Source: Rhizophagus irregularis
Lineage: Eukaryota
Assembly: GCF_026210795.1 (NCBI RefSeq)
Contig: NC_089433.1
Coordinates: 2,852,001-2,916,000 of the forward strand
DNA: 64,000 nucleotides
Reading direction: 5' to 3'
Both the position numbers and the translations under genes were made by a program. The notes under the pieces are model-generated. The model ran no database searches. It was not told the DNA's origin and saw nothing but the letters and a program-made list of their open reading frames with translations. Positions within the stretch are counted from its first letter, which is position 1, and each line of letters begins with the position of its first letter. Below are positions 40,344-52,731 of this stretch, one piece after another.

Positions 40344-42857
40344 GGTTATGAATATATATATGTGTTTTTTTTTCAAAGTTACTTTCTTTCTTTCTCAAAA
40401 ACGCGCGTATATATAGCAAATTCGAGTCGATCGAAATGTCTATCATTTTACCTGTTTGAAATCTATTTTAATTCCCACCCAAAATTATACTTATTCGTAT
40501 GTTTCACACGAGCGAATTTCTATTGGTATAATTAATTGATTTACATGTGTGATAACCATGTTTTTATGTAATCATCCGTGGAAGTATATTGTAAGATAAA
40601 ATTTCCAAACATATACAATATATGAAACATTTGAGGGGGAGAGGGGATAATTTACAAACATTCATTCTATTATGGTTAATAAGAAACGCCGATAATTAAA
40701 TTTCGGAATTCGATAAAATCTGGAGATCAACCTAAATATGCTAATTTCCATATTGAGCCGTGTTCGATCACGTGATGTACATGCCATGATTGGACACTAG
40801 ACATCTGATTGTCGTGAATGAACATGGCTTTAGACGCCCACGGGCCGATCGGTCTGGCGAAGGGTTTGTATTGGTGAAAATCATTTAATTTCTTGCATCG
40901 ATCTTTGGGTACAATTAAATCTGTATTCTTTTGTTTCATAAGATTAAGTAAGGGTAGTGTATTATATTAAGTAATATTGTAACTATTATTAAATAAATAC
41001 AAAAAAATTTTAAGTAATCGTTTTAAAGTATTTTTTTTTTCATTAATAATATCATTTCCTGGGATATCTGAAACATTACTATTCTAAAAAAGATGTTTTT
41101 AATAATATGTATTTTGCCGCATGTAAAACAATAGGTTATTTATGCCTTAGCTAATCAATCCTCTTTCCAAAAAAAATAAAATCCAAAAACTGTAATCGAT
41201 CAATTGGTCCAATAATTTAAGGGAATGGCTTTTTATAATTTCCCTTCCAGAAACTTTAAATATATTTTTAGTAAGCATATGTATTGAATTTCTGAAAAAG
41301 AAACTTTACTGGTGTAGTCCTCTTAAAATATATGCTATTTTAATATAAAGTTAAATTATCTATTCTATATTATGACTAAAGTCTTACGATATACAGTATA
41401 CAAGTTTCTTTGTATTTCAGCTTTCGAAACTATTATTATGCATTATACTTTTAAAGACCAATGGTAATATTTTAAAGATCTTTATTAGATATTCCTGATA
41501 TTTTATGCTTATTATAAAGATATATTTGTTGTATATTTATTTTGTGAGTCGAGTAATGAATATCTGAGTGTATCTGAGTGTTGCTTAGGTATCACAAATA
41601 ATTATGAGTATTTTTATTTGAATAAGTAGTAATATTCTGTAATATGTCTTTATTTATATTCAATATTTTCTTATTATAAAGTAATATAAATTTAATTTTT
41701 TATAAAAAAATTTTGATAGAATGTAAGAATTAAAATTAATAAGTGTAAAAAAAAATAAGTGACTTTGAAATGATTGCGTAAATGTTAATAAAATTATTAT
41801 CAAAAGCTTATGAAATTGAAAAACAAAACTTATGCTCAACATCAGCTTATTAAAAATTCACTATATTTGTTTTTGAACCCTAAAGCCGGACATTTTTCCC
41901 GACGGCCGCACTTGATCACGTGTTCGTGTATAACTTTGCACAAACCTGTCGGGCAAATGACCTGTCGTGAAATCGCGTTATCGCGTCAATGAAAATTAAT
42001 ATTATCATTATATCATACATATTGTATAGATGATAGTAAAATTATTACTCTTTAATAAATAAATTTTATTTGAGCGATGCATTTAATAATATATATACTG
42101 TATTTAGTAAGAACCGCTGATTATTTATTTATAAATTATTCGGAGCTACTAAATTAGGTAATTCTAGAATTTTATGACAAAAAATTTACTAACTTAAAAG
42201 ATTACTTAGGAATTTCCAGTATAATAAGTATGATAACAAATAAAATATTATTATTATTTATTATGAAACCAATAAAAGCATAGTTTTACTTTTCAAAGTT
42301 CATTCTGTGATTCTTAAATGGATAGAATATAATCTTTATGTTATTTGTTGGTTAAAGGACTGATAGGCATAAGGAAGATATTCATAAAAAAAGGGAAAAC
42401 TTTTATTGGATTTTTAATTTACAGTTTTATTAATATGATCGCTTAATTTATTAATATCAGAAAGCAGATTTAATTATGAAAACTAAACTCTAATAATTTA
42501 ATTCGTTGTGTGATATGGAGATCTACGGGTATATGAAAAAATGATTGTCAAAAATATTCCATTATTAATATTACTAATCGTGTTAAACAAATATTCATTG
42601 GTTTTTAACCATTAAAAATCTTATGTAAAGTTTGTTTTACTGGTTAACAAATATTAGCATTACTAATTGATTCACCATCACTATTTGATTATTTGGTCCT
42701 TTTTCTATTACCATATCATTGTGTATCAAAATTCTACCTTTTATATTCTTATCACCATTCTTAAATTCTTACATCTCCTTATTTATTATGATAAAGGAGG
42801 TAATAAATAATTTCGGACTATTAATCATCCGGGATTTGGAGAGGATAATTTTCAGGT

Positions 42858-43000
42858 AAATTTTCGTCTCACTACCGCTTGTTGAGAATGATTGAAAATT
42901 CAAGAGGTTTTAAATTTAATGCTTTATCACAGGGGTTACAGATATGAAATCCTCTTGAATTTTCAATCATTCTCAACAAGCGGTAGTGAGACGAAAATTT
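42858..43000. repeat. Perfect inverted repeat: 50-bp arms, 43-bp spacer
   Basis: 42858-42907 is the exact reverse complement of 42951-43000. Confidence 0.9.
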
Positions 43001-43128
43001 GGTTACGGTACATTTCGCCGAAAGGACGTTTCGCCGAAAAATAGGGCCAACAATATGCAAAATTATAAATAACTTAGGCCAGAGATTATTTTTCGGCGAA
43101 ATGGCTTTCGGCGAAATGTCCCGATACC
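43001..43128 (-). mobile_element. MITE of the CATTTCGCCGAA family (128 bp), inverted relative to 37822-37964
   Basis: GGTTACGGTACATTTCGCCGAAAG...CTTTCGGCGAAATGTCCCGATACC. The internal sequence matches the reverse complement of the 37.8-kb copy. Confidence 0.8.
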
Positions 43129-43291
43129 ATGAAATAAAGCTAGATAACAAGTAGATGATACTAGTATAACACTATTAATTATATACGATATACGTAAATA
43201 AAAGTAATTAAAGGCTATAAAATTTTTATTTATAAAAGAATTATTGACAGAATATTATTGAATATCATTTAATATAATCATCATTACTTAC

Positions 43292-46200
43292 TTAACTAGA
43301 AACCTTTTTTACTTTACTTCCCTTACTTCTTTTACTCCCTTGACTCCCTAAATTCTCTTGACTTTCTTGACTTTCCTTACTTCCTTGACTAGAAATAGTA
43401 GCAGAATCGCTATCATTAAATAAATGTTCACCTCCAACAACCCATTCGATAATATTTTTATTCTTAGTTCTTTTCCTTCCATTAAATTTTTCATTATCTT
43501 TATCTCGTACCCATTTTTCTACCATACTAAGAAATACCCATCCCTCACTGGTTTTCTTATTAGCAAAAATTTCTATACTTTTAGGATATAACATTTCATC
43601 AGTAGTAATAACTATTACTTTACATCTTGCTCTACTTATAGCTACATTCCATCTATTTCTATCAAATAAAAATTCTGATTCTCGAGAAATTTCATTTAAA
43701 TCTAAAAATCCAAAACATGATATAACAAGGTCTGCTTCTTGTCCTTGCATTTTTTCTACCGTATTAATTTGTAAATTAATATCTTGATCATTTAAATATT
43801 TTACTAGACGCGATTGAATCGCATGACGTTGTCGATGATGTGGTGTTACTATAAATAATGATGGTTTCTTCATCCCTTGTATTGTTTTTGGTGTATCAAA
43901 ATATGCTGAAGTTATTTTTGCTACAACATCAGCTTCAGCTTGTAAAAATTGATCAGATAATAAACCAGATGATAATATTCTAGGATCCTCTTCTAATTCT
44001 ATATTTTTATCTAGAGAAAGTTTTACTAATGTAATTGCCGAATCTGGTGATAAAATCTTTCGAATTAATGGATCCTTAATATGAATTAATTTTGAATCAT
44101 CGAAAGTGAGCTTCAGATTTGGATGTGTTGAAATATAATCATCACCATAAATCTTTTGGAAAAACCCATTCAATTCTTCATTCTGGACATCAAAACAAAG
44201 GAGGTGAAAATGACATTACTTATCGCATAAAATAATAATTATAAATATAATAAATAATATTTATTATTTATATACAGACCATTCTCCAATTGTCTCTGAG
44301 TTGAAGAGTAAGAGGTCCAAAGTCATGTTTCTGCCCTCTTTTCAAAAAGAAGTCTTCCTCGCTAAAAACAGATCCATTTCCTTTACGCATTAAACATTGT
44401 TGAATAGATCCAAATATGAGAGGATGATCAGGCGGAAATATGGGATATGTATTTTGAATAATCGGCCCAAGTTGCTATATTATTATTAATTCATTAGAAT
44501 TCGATATAAATTTAAATTAATTAAATAATTTTTATATATTACCATATGATCTCCGGCGACAATGAGTTTCCCTGTATCCGGATTTATACATTCAATAGCA
44601 ATGCTAGCATCCGAAACTAATAACTAAAAAATTAAAAAAAGAATATTTTAATGTTCACATTCTTTAACTAAAATATTTAATAGTTTTTTTGCTTACCTGA
44701 GAACCCTCATCAATTATCATTATATCACATCCGGCCCAACCAAATTTCCATTCCTTTCTTACTTTAAACCAATCCCAAACTGTACCTCCAATCACAATTG
44801 GTTTTCCGGGAATTCCAATCTTATTCCCTTTAATCTTTTTAGGTAAGCTTTCTGCCTTACATTCTGCTAATCCATTTAAAGGCTTCTTTTTCAAGTCTTT
44901 AACTAAACGAACGATAGAAAAATCGCTTGTCTTATGATGTTGTTTTTGTACAGTTGAAATTCTATCCAATAGATTTTCGATAGCAGCCCTAGTAAAAGCC
45001 GTTACACCGATTATATAATTACTATTGTTGCCCGTCGGGTTATGCTTAACAGTACTCAAATACCATGTTGTAAACAACGCAAGGAAATGTGTTTTACCAG
45101 AACCCTAATATAACATAAATAAATGTATTAATAATAGCCTAATTGCAACTAAAATAACTAAAATAAAATATGAATTATTACTTACAGGTGGTCCCCATAC
45201 AATTTGAAGTCTTCTTTCCAACAATTCAGCCGAGATTTCTTTTTGTGATGGAGACATTGAAAAAGAATCTCGTAGCTTCAAAGCTGTATTTTTCATTTCT
45301 CTAAAACGTTCTTCTTCAATTAAGGAAGAACCCCATGCATTAGGATTACTCAAGAGATTCTATATTCAAAAATTTAATAAATGTCATGGAATTTTTTTTT
45401 AATAATCATTTTGGGAGAAAAAGGTACCGACCATAAATATCGACTTCTTATCGTCTTGTTCGTCTATCTCGGTTAGAATTGTTGATACTTTATCAAGATT
45501 AAAGTCAATATAACGTTTATAAAGGCGATAAGTCGCATTTTCAGTAAACTTCTCTTTGAAGAATCCCTTTAAATGAATTATCCGTTTTTGTGGATCTTTA
45601 TTTTCAACTTCATTAAGACATACAACCGATAAAGGATACCCGAAAAATTTATCTCGGTATCTCATATCTGGAAATAGGATTGCTTTCAGAACACCCTAGT
45701 TTTTTTTTTTAAAAAAAAATAAAAATTCCAAAATTTTCAAAATTTCAATGTAAATTATAGAAAATAATATATATAAGTTATATGTTACCTCCGGATTATC
45801 TTCAACCAGAATAAAATCTTTAAAAGTGCGAGGTTCTAATACACTAACTTCTTTACCGCTACTTAAAATAACGAATTTCGCAACCCATTCCGAACCTTCC
45901 TTTTTAGTAAATTTCTCAAATTGTAGTCGAATTCCATATACAGCTTCACCTTGTATTAAATCTTTAATTCTACTGGATCTGATTTGAGCACATTCAGTTA
46001 TAGCTTCAAATTGTTTAAAAAAATATAATTTACCCAGATAATTATGTCCAAAAGCTTTAATTTCAGTAAAAGTAAAAACTTGTGGGGTAAATATCAATTT
46101 TGAAGCAATATCATCAGTTGATTCCTTAAGGAGCTCATAATAAGATTTTATTACAGCAATTCCAAAATCAACCCTATGTAAATGAGCTGAATTAATTTTT

Positions 46201-48047
46201 GATGTCGAACTTTGTGAAGAAACCCATGTAGCATAAATATCTTCTAAGTCGATAAGTTCAATGTGTTGTTCTAACGAATTTAACAGCTCCTCATCCTTTA
46301 ATTTTGGCTTCACCAATTGTTCCCATATATCAATAAAGCGGTAAAATCCGGGCACGTGAATTGCAATATTTTCTTTTATCGCATTTTCTAAAACAATCAA
46401 TCTTGGAAATTCTCGCCATTCGTCAGGAAGTTCCGTATTATTGCCATCATCATTATTTCCTGAAGCTAATAACAATGATGAATCCTCAAATAAATTAAAT
46501 AAACACCTCACAGCTGTATGTTGCGTTGCATGTGAAATACAATTCTCATCCATAGAAATAATTTCCAACAAGGCATCTTGAAGAGCTTTTTTTTCTTGTT
46601 CAGAGAAGACAAAGATGCAAGCTCTAGATTTAACCTTTGCTAAATATTCAAAACTTTTTTCCAATGCGGTTACGAACTTATCCATTAGAGAGGTGAATGA
46701 TGGTAGAGATTCATCATCCTTCATAGATGATTCAAAGCGTCTAAAATTCGGTACAATTTTTCCATCACTAGAATAAAGGCATATTGCCCATCCGAAAGGA
46801 CGTGATAAGAAAGGATCCAAAGACATTGCAATCAATAAGTTATGATCTGTTGTTTGGGGAAAATTTGTGGTTGCAATCCCAATAAACTTATAAATTAAAC
46901 AAATAAAGATTTGTTAGTAAAGAATATAATCTGAAAATTATAGACAATCATTTTACCTGTGCCTGTTTAGTTTCTATAGCTTTCAAATATGGCGAACTTT
47001 TCAATTTTTTATCATATTTAACAATATGTTTAATTCTCTTGTTTACGGCTTGATCACTGGATTTCGCATTCTCATCCTCAATATTTAATTCATCAAAATA
47101 ATTTGACAAATCTTCGATATCAACATTATCTTCACCTGATTTCCAATCTCGTATAAAAGTTTTCAAATCCACAGCTTTCTCAAGCGATAAATAAGGAATC
47201 ATCGCAATAGAACCTTCAGCATCTTTTCTACAAACATTTACAAATTCACAAGTTCTACATCTTGAGTTATAATGCCAAGGTACTGTTTTTTTAGTTAAAA
47301 TATTAGGTAAATCCTCGCGAAAGAATCTATCTATTTTTGGAAGTAAAAAGTCCATACGAAATGTTTGTAGTTGGAAAGGCGGTAAATAAATTCCACCTGT
47401 ACGCGAAATAGCAAGTCCACGAATCTTTTGAACTATAAAATCGAGAAGGTATGCATATGAAGCCACTTGAAACTAAATAATTAAATAAAACGTGTTAATG
47501 AAATTACAGTTATCATTTATAATAAATAAATCACATTCTATACCTGGTGTGGAACTCGCGCAGATTTTGAAGCCTTTGCGTCATAAACCATCAATTTTTT
47601 CTCCCCATCTTCTTCTCTAACTTCAATAAAATCAGGTACGAAAGCTTTTAACTTAACAACATTTTTTATACCCATTTCTTCATAAAATTCCTCAGGTACT
47701 ATAAATTTCATTTGATACAAAGTTTGACCAACTTCGACTTTTCTTAATATATTTTTAGCCTCATCAGGCGATACGTCTCGACAGTCTACCACATTACTCA
47801 ATTTATCTTTAATATCTGATTCAAATTCTGCTCCACGATGTCTTAAAGCTTCACGTAACGTTGAATCATCCATTTTAGGTACATATTTTTTTTTGTTAGA
47901 AGATTCTTGTAATTTTTGTCTTTTATAATCTTGATCTGATGTGAGTTTTATCAACTTATCACAATTAAATTGATAATACTTTGATAAGTCAGATATCGTC
48001 AGTGAAGTATTTATTTCTTCAAAAGCTTCATTTGACTTTGTTATCAT
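43292..48047 (-). CDS. RecB/Cas4-like PD-(D/E)XK nuclease + RNase-H-like + UPF1/DNA2-type SF1 helicase fusion, ~1376 aa; exons 48047-47544, 47472-46957, 46886-45789, 45695-45432, 45359-45186, 45104-44697, 44623-44543, 44474-44280, 44182-43292
   Basis: All eight introns are GT-AG and the frame is open throughout. Nuclease motifs PDFI...YDAKAS and HQ|FQVASY; Cys pattern FNC...CRTCEFVNVC. Helicase motifs WGPP|GSGKT, IIDEGSQ, AGDHM|QLGP, NWRM|N, TPHHRQ, TVEKMQGQEAD, NRWNVAISRAR. Confidence 0.9.
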
Positions 48048-48543
48048 TAATCAATAAGTTTTTGTATTTTAAATAATTGAAAAGAAATTTACGAATAATA
48101 AAATGTATAAATAAATAATAGTAAAACATGTTTATAAACTCAAGTTTTTAATAAATAAGTAAAATACACTTTGCTGACCTTTTTTTTCCTGGCCTGCGAC
48201 ATTTTTTATAAGTTTTTTAATAACAAAAAAAAGTATCTAAAAAAATAAACAAATATAATATTCGTTTATATATAATATAAACATATAACGTTTATGAAGG
48301 TCGACGAATAAGAAGTCAAAAAAAAAAGAAAAAGAAAAAATAATAAAATATAAAAAATAAAATGTGCAGATATATATGCCAAATGAATAATTGTGATTAT
48401 TTACAGAAAAGTAGTATTGATAATTTGTAAGATCAGACTTACTGATTTTGTGCGTTAATGGTTCAATCACATGAACATCTCAATTTAGCCTAACGTAATA
48501 CATAAAATAAATTTTAATTTGATCAACAAAAAAAAATTTTCAA

Positions 48544-49848
48544 ATGGCTAATTTTTTAAATATTTCTCGATCAATGTTTAAGCGAAAGACATCTTGTATT
48601 TATCAAGGACGTGTTATACAACCAATTATTTGGAGAAATGTTCTTAGTAAACAACAAAATATTCAAAATTTTACTTCCGCAGCGGAAAATTTAGAAAGTG
48701 TAAATTCTGTAAATTCTGTAAATGAACAAAATCAACAAATTCAGTACGTTTATATAATCAATTAAATATAAAGCTATTGTAAATATAATGTACTAATATA
48801 TGAGTAATCTTAAGCACACCACCGCCCACGCCACCTAATCCACCTAATCCTATACCGGCAGAAATCCTTAAAGCCTCTTTACCATTTGTTAATCAATATG
48901 GATGGTCGATTGATGCGCTGTCACAAGGAGCAAAGACATTGGGATACCCTAATATTAGTCATGGTTTATTTCCCAAAGGTGGAGCTGAATTAATTGATTA
49001 TTTTTTAGAAGATTGTAGAAGAAAAATGTCTCATGAAATTTTTGATAAGATGAATGGGTAAGTTCGTAAGGGGAAAATTAATTCTCTCTTAAAAAAGGGA
49101 GAAATTAAATTTATTCTTTTTTAGATTAAAAGTACATCAAAAAATACGTTTTGCGTGTGTAACCAGACTTAATCTTACAAAACCATATATAAGAAAATGG
49201 CCTGAGGTACTATAATATAAATTAAAAATTGATATTATTGTTAATAATTCATAATTCTCACAATTTTCTGATAATAAGGCACTTGCAATTATGGCACAAC
49301 CAAATAACGTTTCGATGGCAGTTGAGCATTTAGCGAAATTAGTCGATGACATGTGGTATCTCGCGGGCGACAAAAGTGCTGATGTACGTTATAATCATAT
49401 TGGAGCCTTCTTTATTCCTTTTTTTAAATAAATTCATTATTTATTTTAGATGAATTGGTATTCTAAACGAGCAATTCTTGCAGCTATCTATACATCTACG
49501 GGTATATGCATTCTCCATTTTTCTTTTAGAATATTTTAATAATTTTTTTCTAATAAAAGACTTCTCAATAATTTTATCTAGAATTGTATATGACGCAAGA
49601 TACATCACCAGATTTTACAGGAACTTACCAATTTTTAAATAGAAGATTACAAGACAGTGCAACATTTGGAAGTTTAATTAATGAAATTAATACTTTTGCC
49701 AATTTCGCTGCTAAATCTACTATTGGAATTCTATCATCTGTAAGTTATAACGAAATATTCTTTAGTATATTTGAAAAATAATCTTTATAGATCACTCGAA
49801 TTAATAATATTTTTTATCCTTTTGTAGAAAGGAATAGGAAGATTCTAA
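48544..49848 (+). CDS. COQ9: Ubiquinone biosynthesis protein COQ9, mitochondrial; exons 48544-48743, 48815-49057, 49125-49206, 49279-49383, 49450-49501, 49582-49739, 49828-49848
   Basis: Basic/hydroxylated presequence; ILKASLPFVNQYGWS, HGLFPKGGAELIDYFL, KWPEALAIMAQP, LVDDMWYLAGDKSAD|MNWYSKRAILAAIYTST|ELYMTQDTSPDF. All introns are GT-AG and the frame is consistent. Confidence 0.92.
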
Positions 49849-49869
49849 TATGTATATATGTATATACTT

Positions 49870-50225
49870 TATTTGCTTTTCTTAAGTTCAGACCCTAGCA
49901 TAAAAAATCAATCCCACAAGAACATCAGCCTGCCTAGAAAGCCAGCTGTTGCTCCAGTGGGTCCAGTAGAAACCTTTTGTATCAGATGGTAACCTATAAA
50001 GTCATTTATTCGCCAGTACTGGTTTCGTGGCTTAGTTAAAACCCTTGATGACCGTACAATCTCAATAAAAAATTAATTTTCACTTGCATTTTTAAACCCG
50101 TTGAGAAGCAATTGTGCTCCTTTCAGCTCTTTCTCCTTGTTGATGGTTAGTGATTTCTTCGAGACCTTTTGTATATCTGTCTACCTTTGCATCTAATGGG
50201 TCTATATCACACTCATTTAGAAAGC
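49870..50225 (-). pseudogene. Decayed fragment of a hypothetical gene
   Basis: GC-elevated stretch reading LNECDIDPLDAKVDRYTKGLEKK...AQLLLNGFKN, followed by stops. Confidence 0.25.
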
Positions 50226-51104
50226 TTCAATCCGCATAAACCGACAAAAATTTTGCGATCATGTGATTTTTTGGCTGTTTATGCACTAACTAATACGTGA
50301 AAGTGGGTGACGGATAAGTTTCACTTATCATTCAAACAGGGAAACTCAAGAGCAGTGATGTGCATTTGTACTTAAAAATTTGGTCGGACGCTTCCAATCC
50401 AAATGGTTTTATTAGAAAATTATGCTTAGAGTTGTGCGTGGCTATTCTTGCCAAAATCACTGTCGGATTAAAATATCTGATAATGCATGTGCAAAATATT
50501 ATCCGCATCTATTATATTTACGTGATCAATATATACCGGTATTTAATATAACCCTGTCGTAGATGGAAAGTGGATACAAAAACGTTGTAGGATTAAACAC
50601 AATAAAGGCGCTGAATATGGTATAGAATGTTATAATATTAGAACATATTTACTTGCGTGCAAACTTTTGCGCAAAACTATATCTAATAAATGTTTCCAGG
50701 AAGCCTTGTTAAAAGAGCATGTCAAAGGCCTTTGAATCCGTCTTCGACTTCACTATAGAGGAACGTAAGATTCTGGCCGTAAAATTTCCTGCTAATTCAA
50801 ATTTTAAATGATTTATTTTTGAACCATTTTGACTAAAATAAGTTTAAAATTTTGGTTCTTATTTATTTTTTTAAACCTCTTTTATAAAATAATTTTTTAT
50901 AAAAATTATTACATTCCCGCAATCCTATCCCATTTTAATTAATTTCCGAAAAGTCTGATCGAATTGATTCATATTTACGCCATACATTAGAAGTTTATGA
51001 AAATTCGTTAAATAAGAAACGCAGAACAATGGGTCAGAAAAAAAACATTACGGCCTCAAAGTTGGCCAGATGGTAGTACACCCCAGTATTACCAGTTACA
51101 TACG

Positions 51105-51333
51105 TCGCAGATAATGAAGTTCACATGTGATCATGAGGAAGAAAATAATCACCGGGTCATGAACGAACTTAGGGTGCTATCCCAGCACCTGCAAGAACTT
51201 TGGGAAGTTCATGCGAGTCGTGGAAGAAGATTACGGGGAGCGGGTTAGTGCGAATAAGAAAATGCGATGCGAAATTAAGGATCTGAAGATGCAGTTGCAG
51301 GAGGCAGAAAAAAAGCTGGCATCTATGAAATAG
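51105..51333 (+). pseudogene. Decayed coiled-coil ORF fragment
   Basis: GC-rich island reading EEENNHRVMNELRVLSQHLQELWEVHA/VVEEDYGERVSANKKMRCEIKDLKMQLQEAEKKLASMK* across one frameshift. Confidence 0.35.
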
Positions 51334-51747
51334 GGTTCTACTCTTCCTTAAATAACGAACTCGCTTTAAAACGAATTTCTTAAATTACAGTAATCATTTG
51401 AACCTGGCACAAAATTTCAGTGACAATACAAAATATTATAACATTGATTCAAATAATAAAGCTTAGTAAAGATGTAGAATTTTTTTAAAGTTTAAAGGTA
51501 TTTTTTGACTATCCAGGATATTATCCTAAACCTAGGACGCTAATCATCTTAATTTTTCTAGTACAGCCAGCTCTTGATATAAGATTATATAAAAGGATTT
51601 AAAAGAATTGTGCGTTTAGTTTTTAAATTACAAAAAATTTATAACTTCATGAAGTTTTTTATTTATTTTTTTTGACTAAAGCATTAAATTTACACAATGA
51701 AAATAATATAACCAGAAAATTTAAATCATATAGTAAAATCTCAAAAA

Positions 51748-52731
51748 CTAAATCGATTCATACTCTATTATAGCGTTATATAAATTTTTGTTAAGATTTT
51801 GAACATCTCCAACATATTTATAATCCCATAATTCACGAACAAACCACCACCTTGAGTATTCGTTCGTAAAATCCTCAAAATTAAGGCCTTTAGCCGTTTC
51901 GATCCGATTCTTTTTATCATCTTTATGTAGTGAATAATAGATCCAAAAAAGTAACCATCGTATAGACTGATAATGTCCAAACATGATCGGTAGATGTTGA
52001 TCAAGCTCATCACTTTGCTTTTTATCAAAACATAAAGTGCCGTCAAGTTTGAACATATTAGTTAAATAAAGCAAACATATTCCGATCTCTGCTTTGGTAA
52101 AATAATCGTTTGGTGAAATAAACAGCACAATATGTAACGAAATAAATAAAAAATTGAAGAAAGTTATAGCAAAATAGCTATCAGTATTATTCCGAACAAA
52201 AAAACTCAGAATACTAATAATTAATAGCATCGTTAAATAAAATACTAAAGCATGTTCAAACATAGTAAGTCTTTGATAAAAATAATAAATAGTTAAAATA
52301 AAAACAACAAACATTTGTATATAAGTAGGAAAAACAATTTTGACAAAGAAGTAAAAAAGATGAAGACACTTAAAAAAGGAATTTTCAAAAATTTTAATAC
52401 GATCAATATGGAAAATCGATACTAATTCCTCTACATACAAATTTATAATTATCCAATATATTATCATTAGAGCATCTAATATCATCAATGCCAAAAAGGT
52501 ATAGGACATTGGATGGTATAACGAAATTTCTTTGTTGACATAGCAACAACCAAAAGGTATTGCGTATTTAACCAAATTAACTTCAACCAAGTTAATAAAA
52601 GTTCTGATCCGTACCGCTTTTCCTCCTTTGTATAAAGAGTAGTTCCATGCTGCCAAAAAAGGGAGGATACTGCTAATAAAGAAATCAAAAATATTATTGA
52701 TTGGAAAATAGTCATAATTTGTTTCCGACAT
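51748..52731 (-). CDS. Intronless 327-aa multi-pass membrane protein of unknown function
   Basis: Long open ATG ORF with about 6-7 hydrophobic segments and a polar C-terminal tail. No recognised family. Confidence 0.65.
   Translation of the reverse strand: MSETNYDYFPINNIFDFFISSILPFLAAWNYSLYKGGKAVRIRTFINLVEVNLVKYAIPFGCCYVNKEISLYHPMSYTFLALMILDALMIIYWIIINLYVEELVSIFHIDRIKIFENSFFKCLHLFYFFVKIVFPTYIQMFVVFILTIYYFYQRLTMFEHALVFYLTMLLIISILSFFVRNNTDSYFAITFFNFLFISLHIVLFISPNDYFTKAEIGICLLYLTNMFKLDGTLCFDKKQSDELDQHLPIMFGHYQSIRWLLFWIYYSLHKDDKKNRIETAKGLNFEDFTNEYSRWWFVRELWDYKYVGDVQNLNKNLYNAIIEYESI

Noticed and set aside
47538..48047. Cas4-like nuclease motifs suggesting a CRISPR or casposon system
   Set aside because: This is exon 1 of a spliced nuclease-helicase gene. 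There is no array and no cas1.
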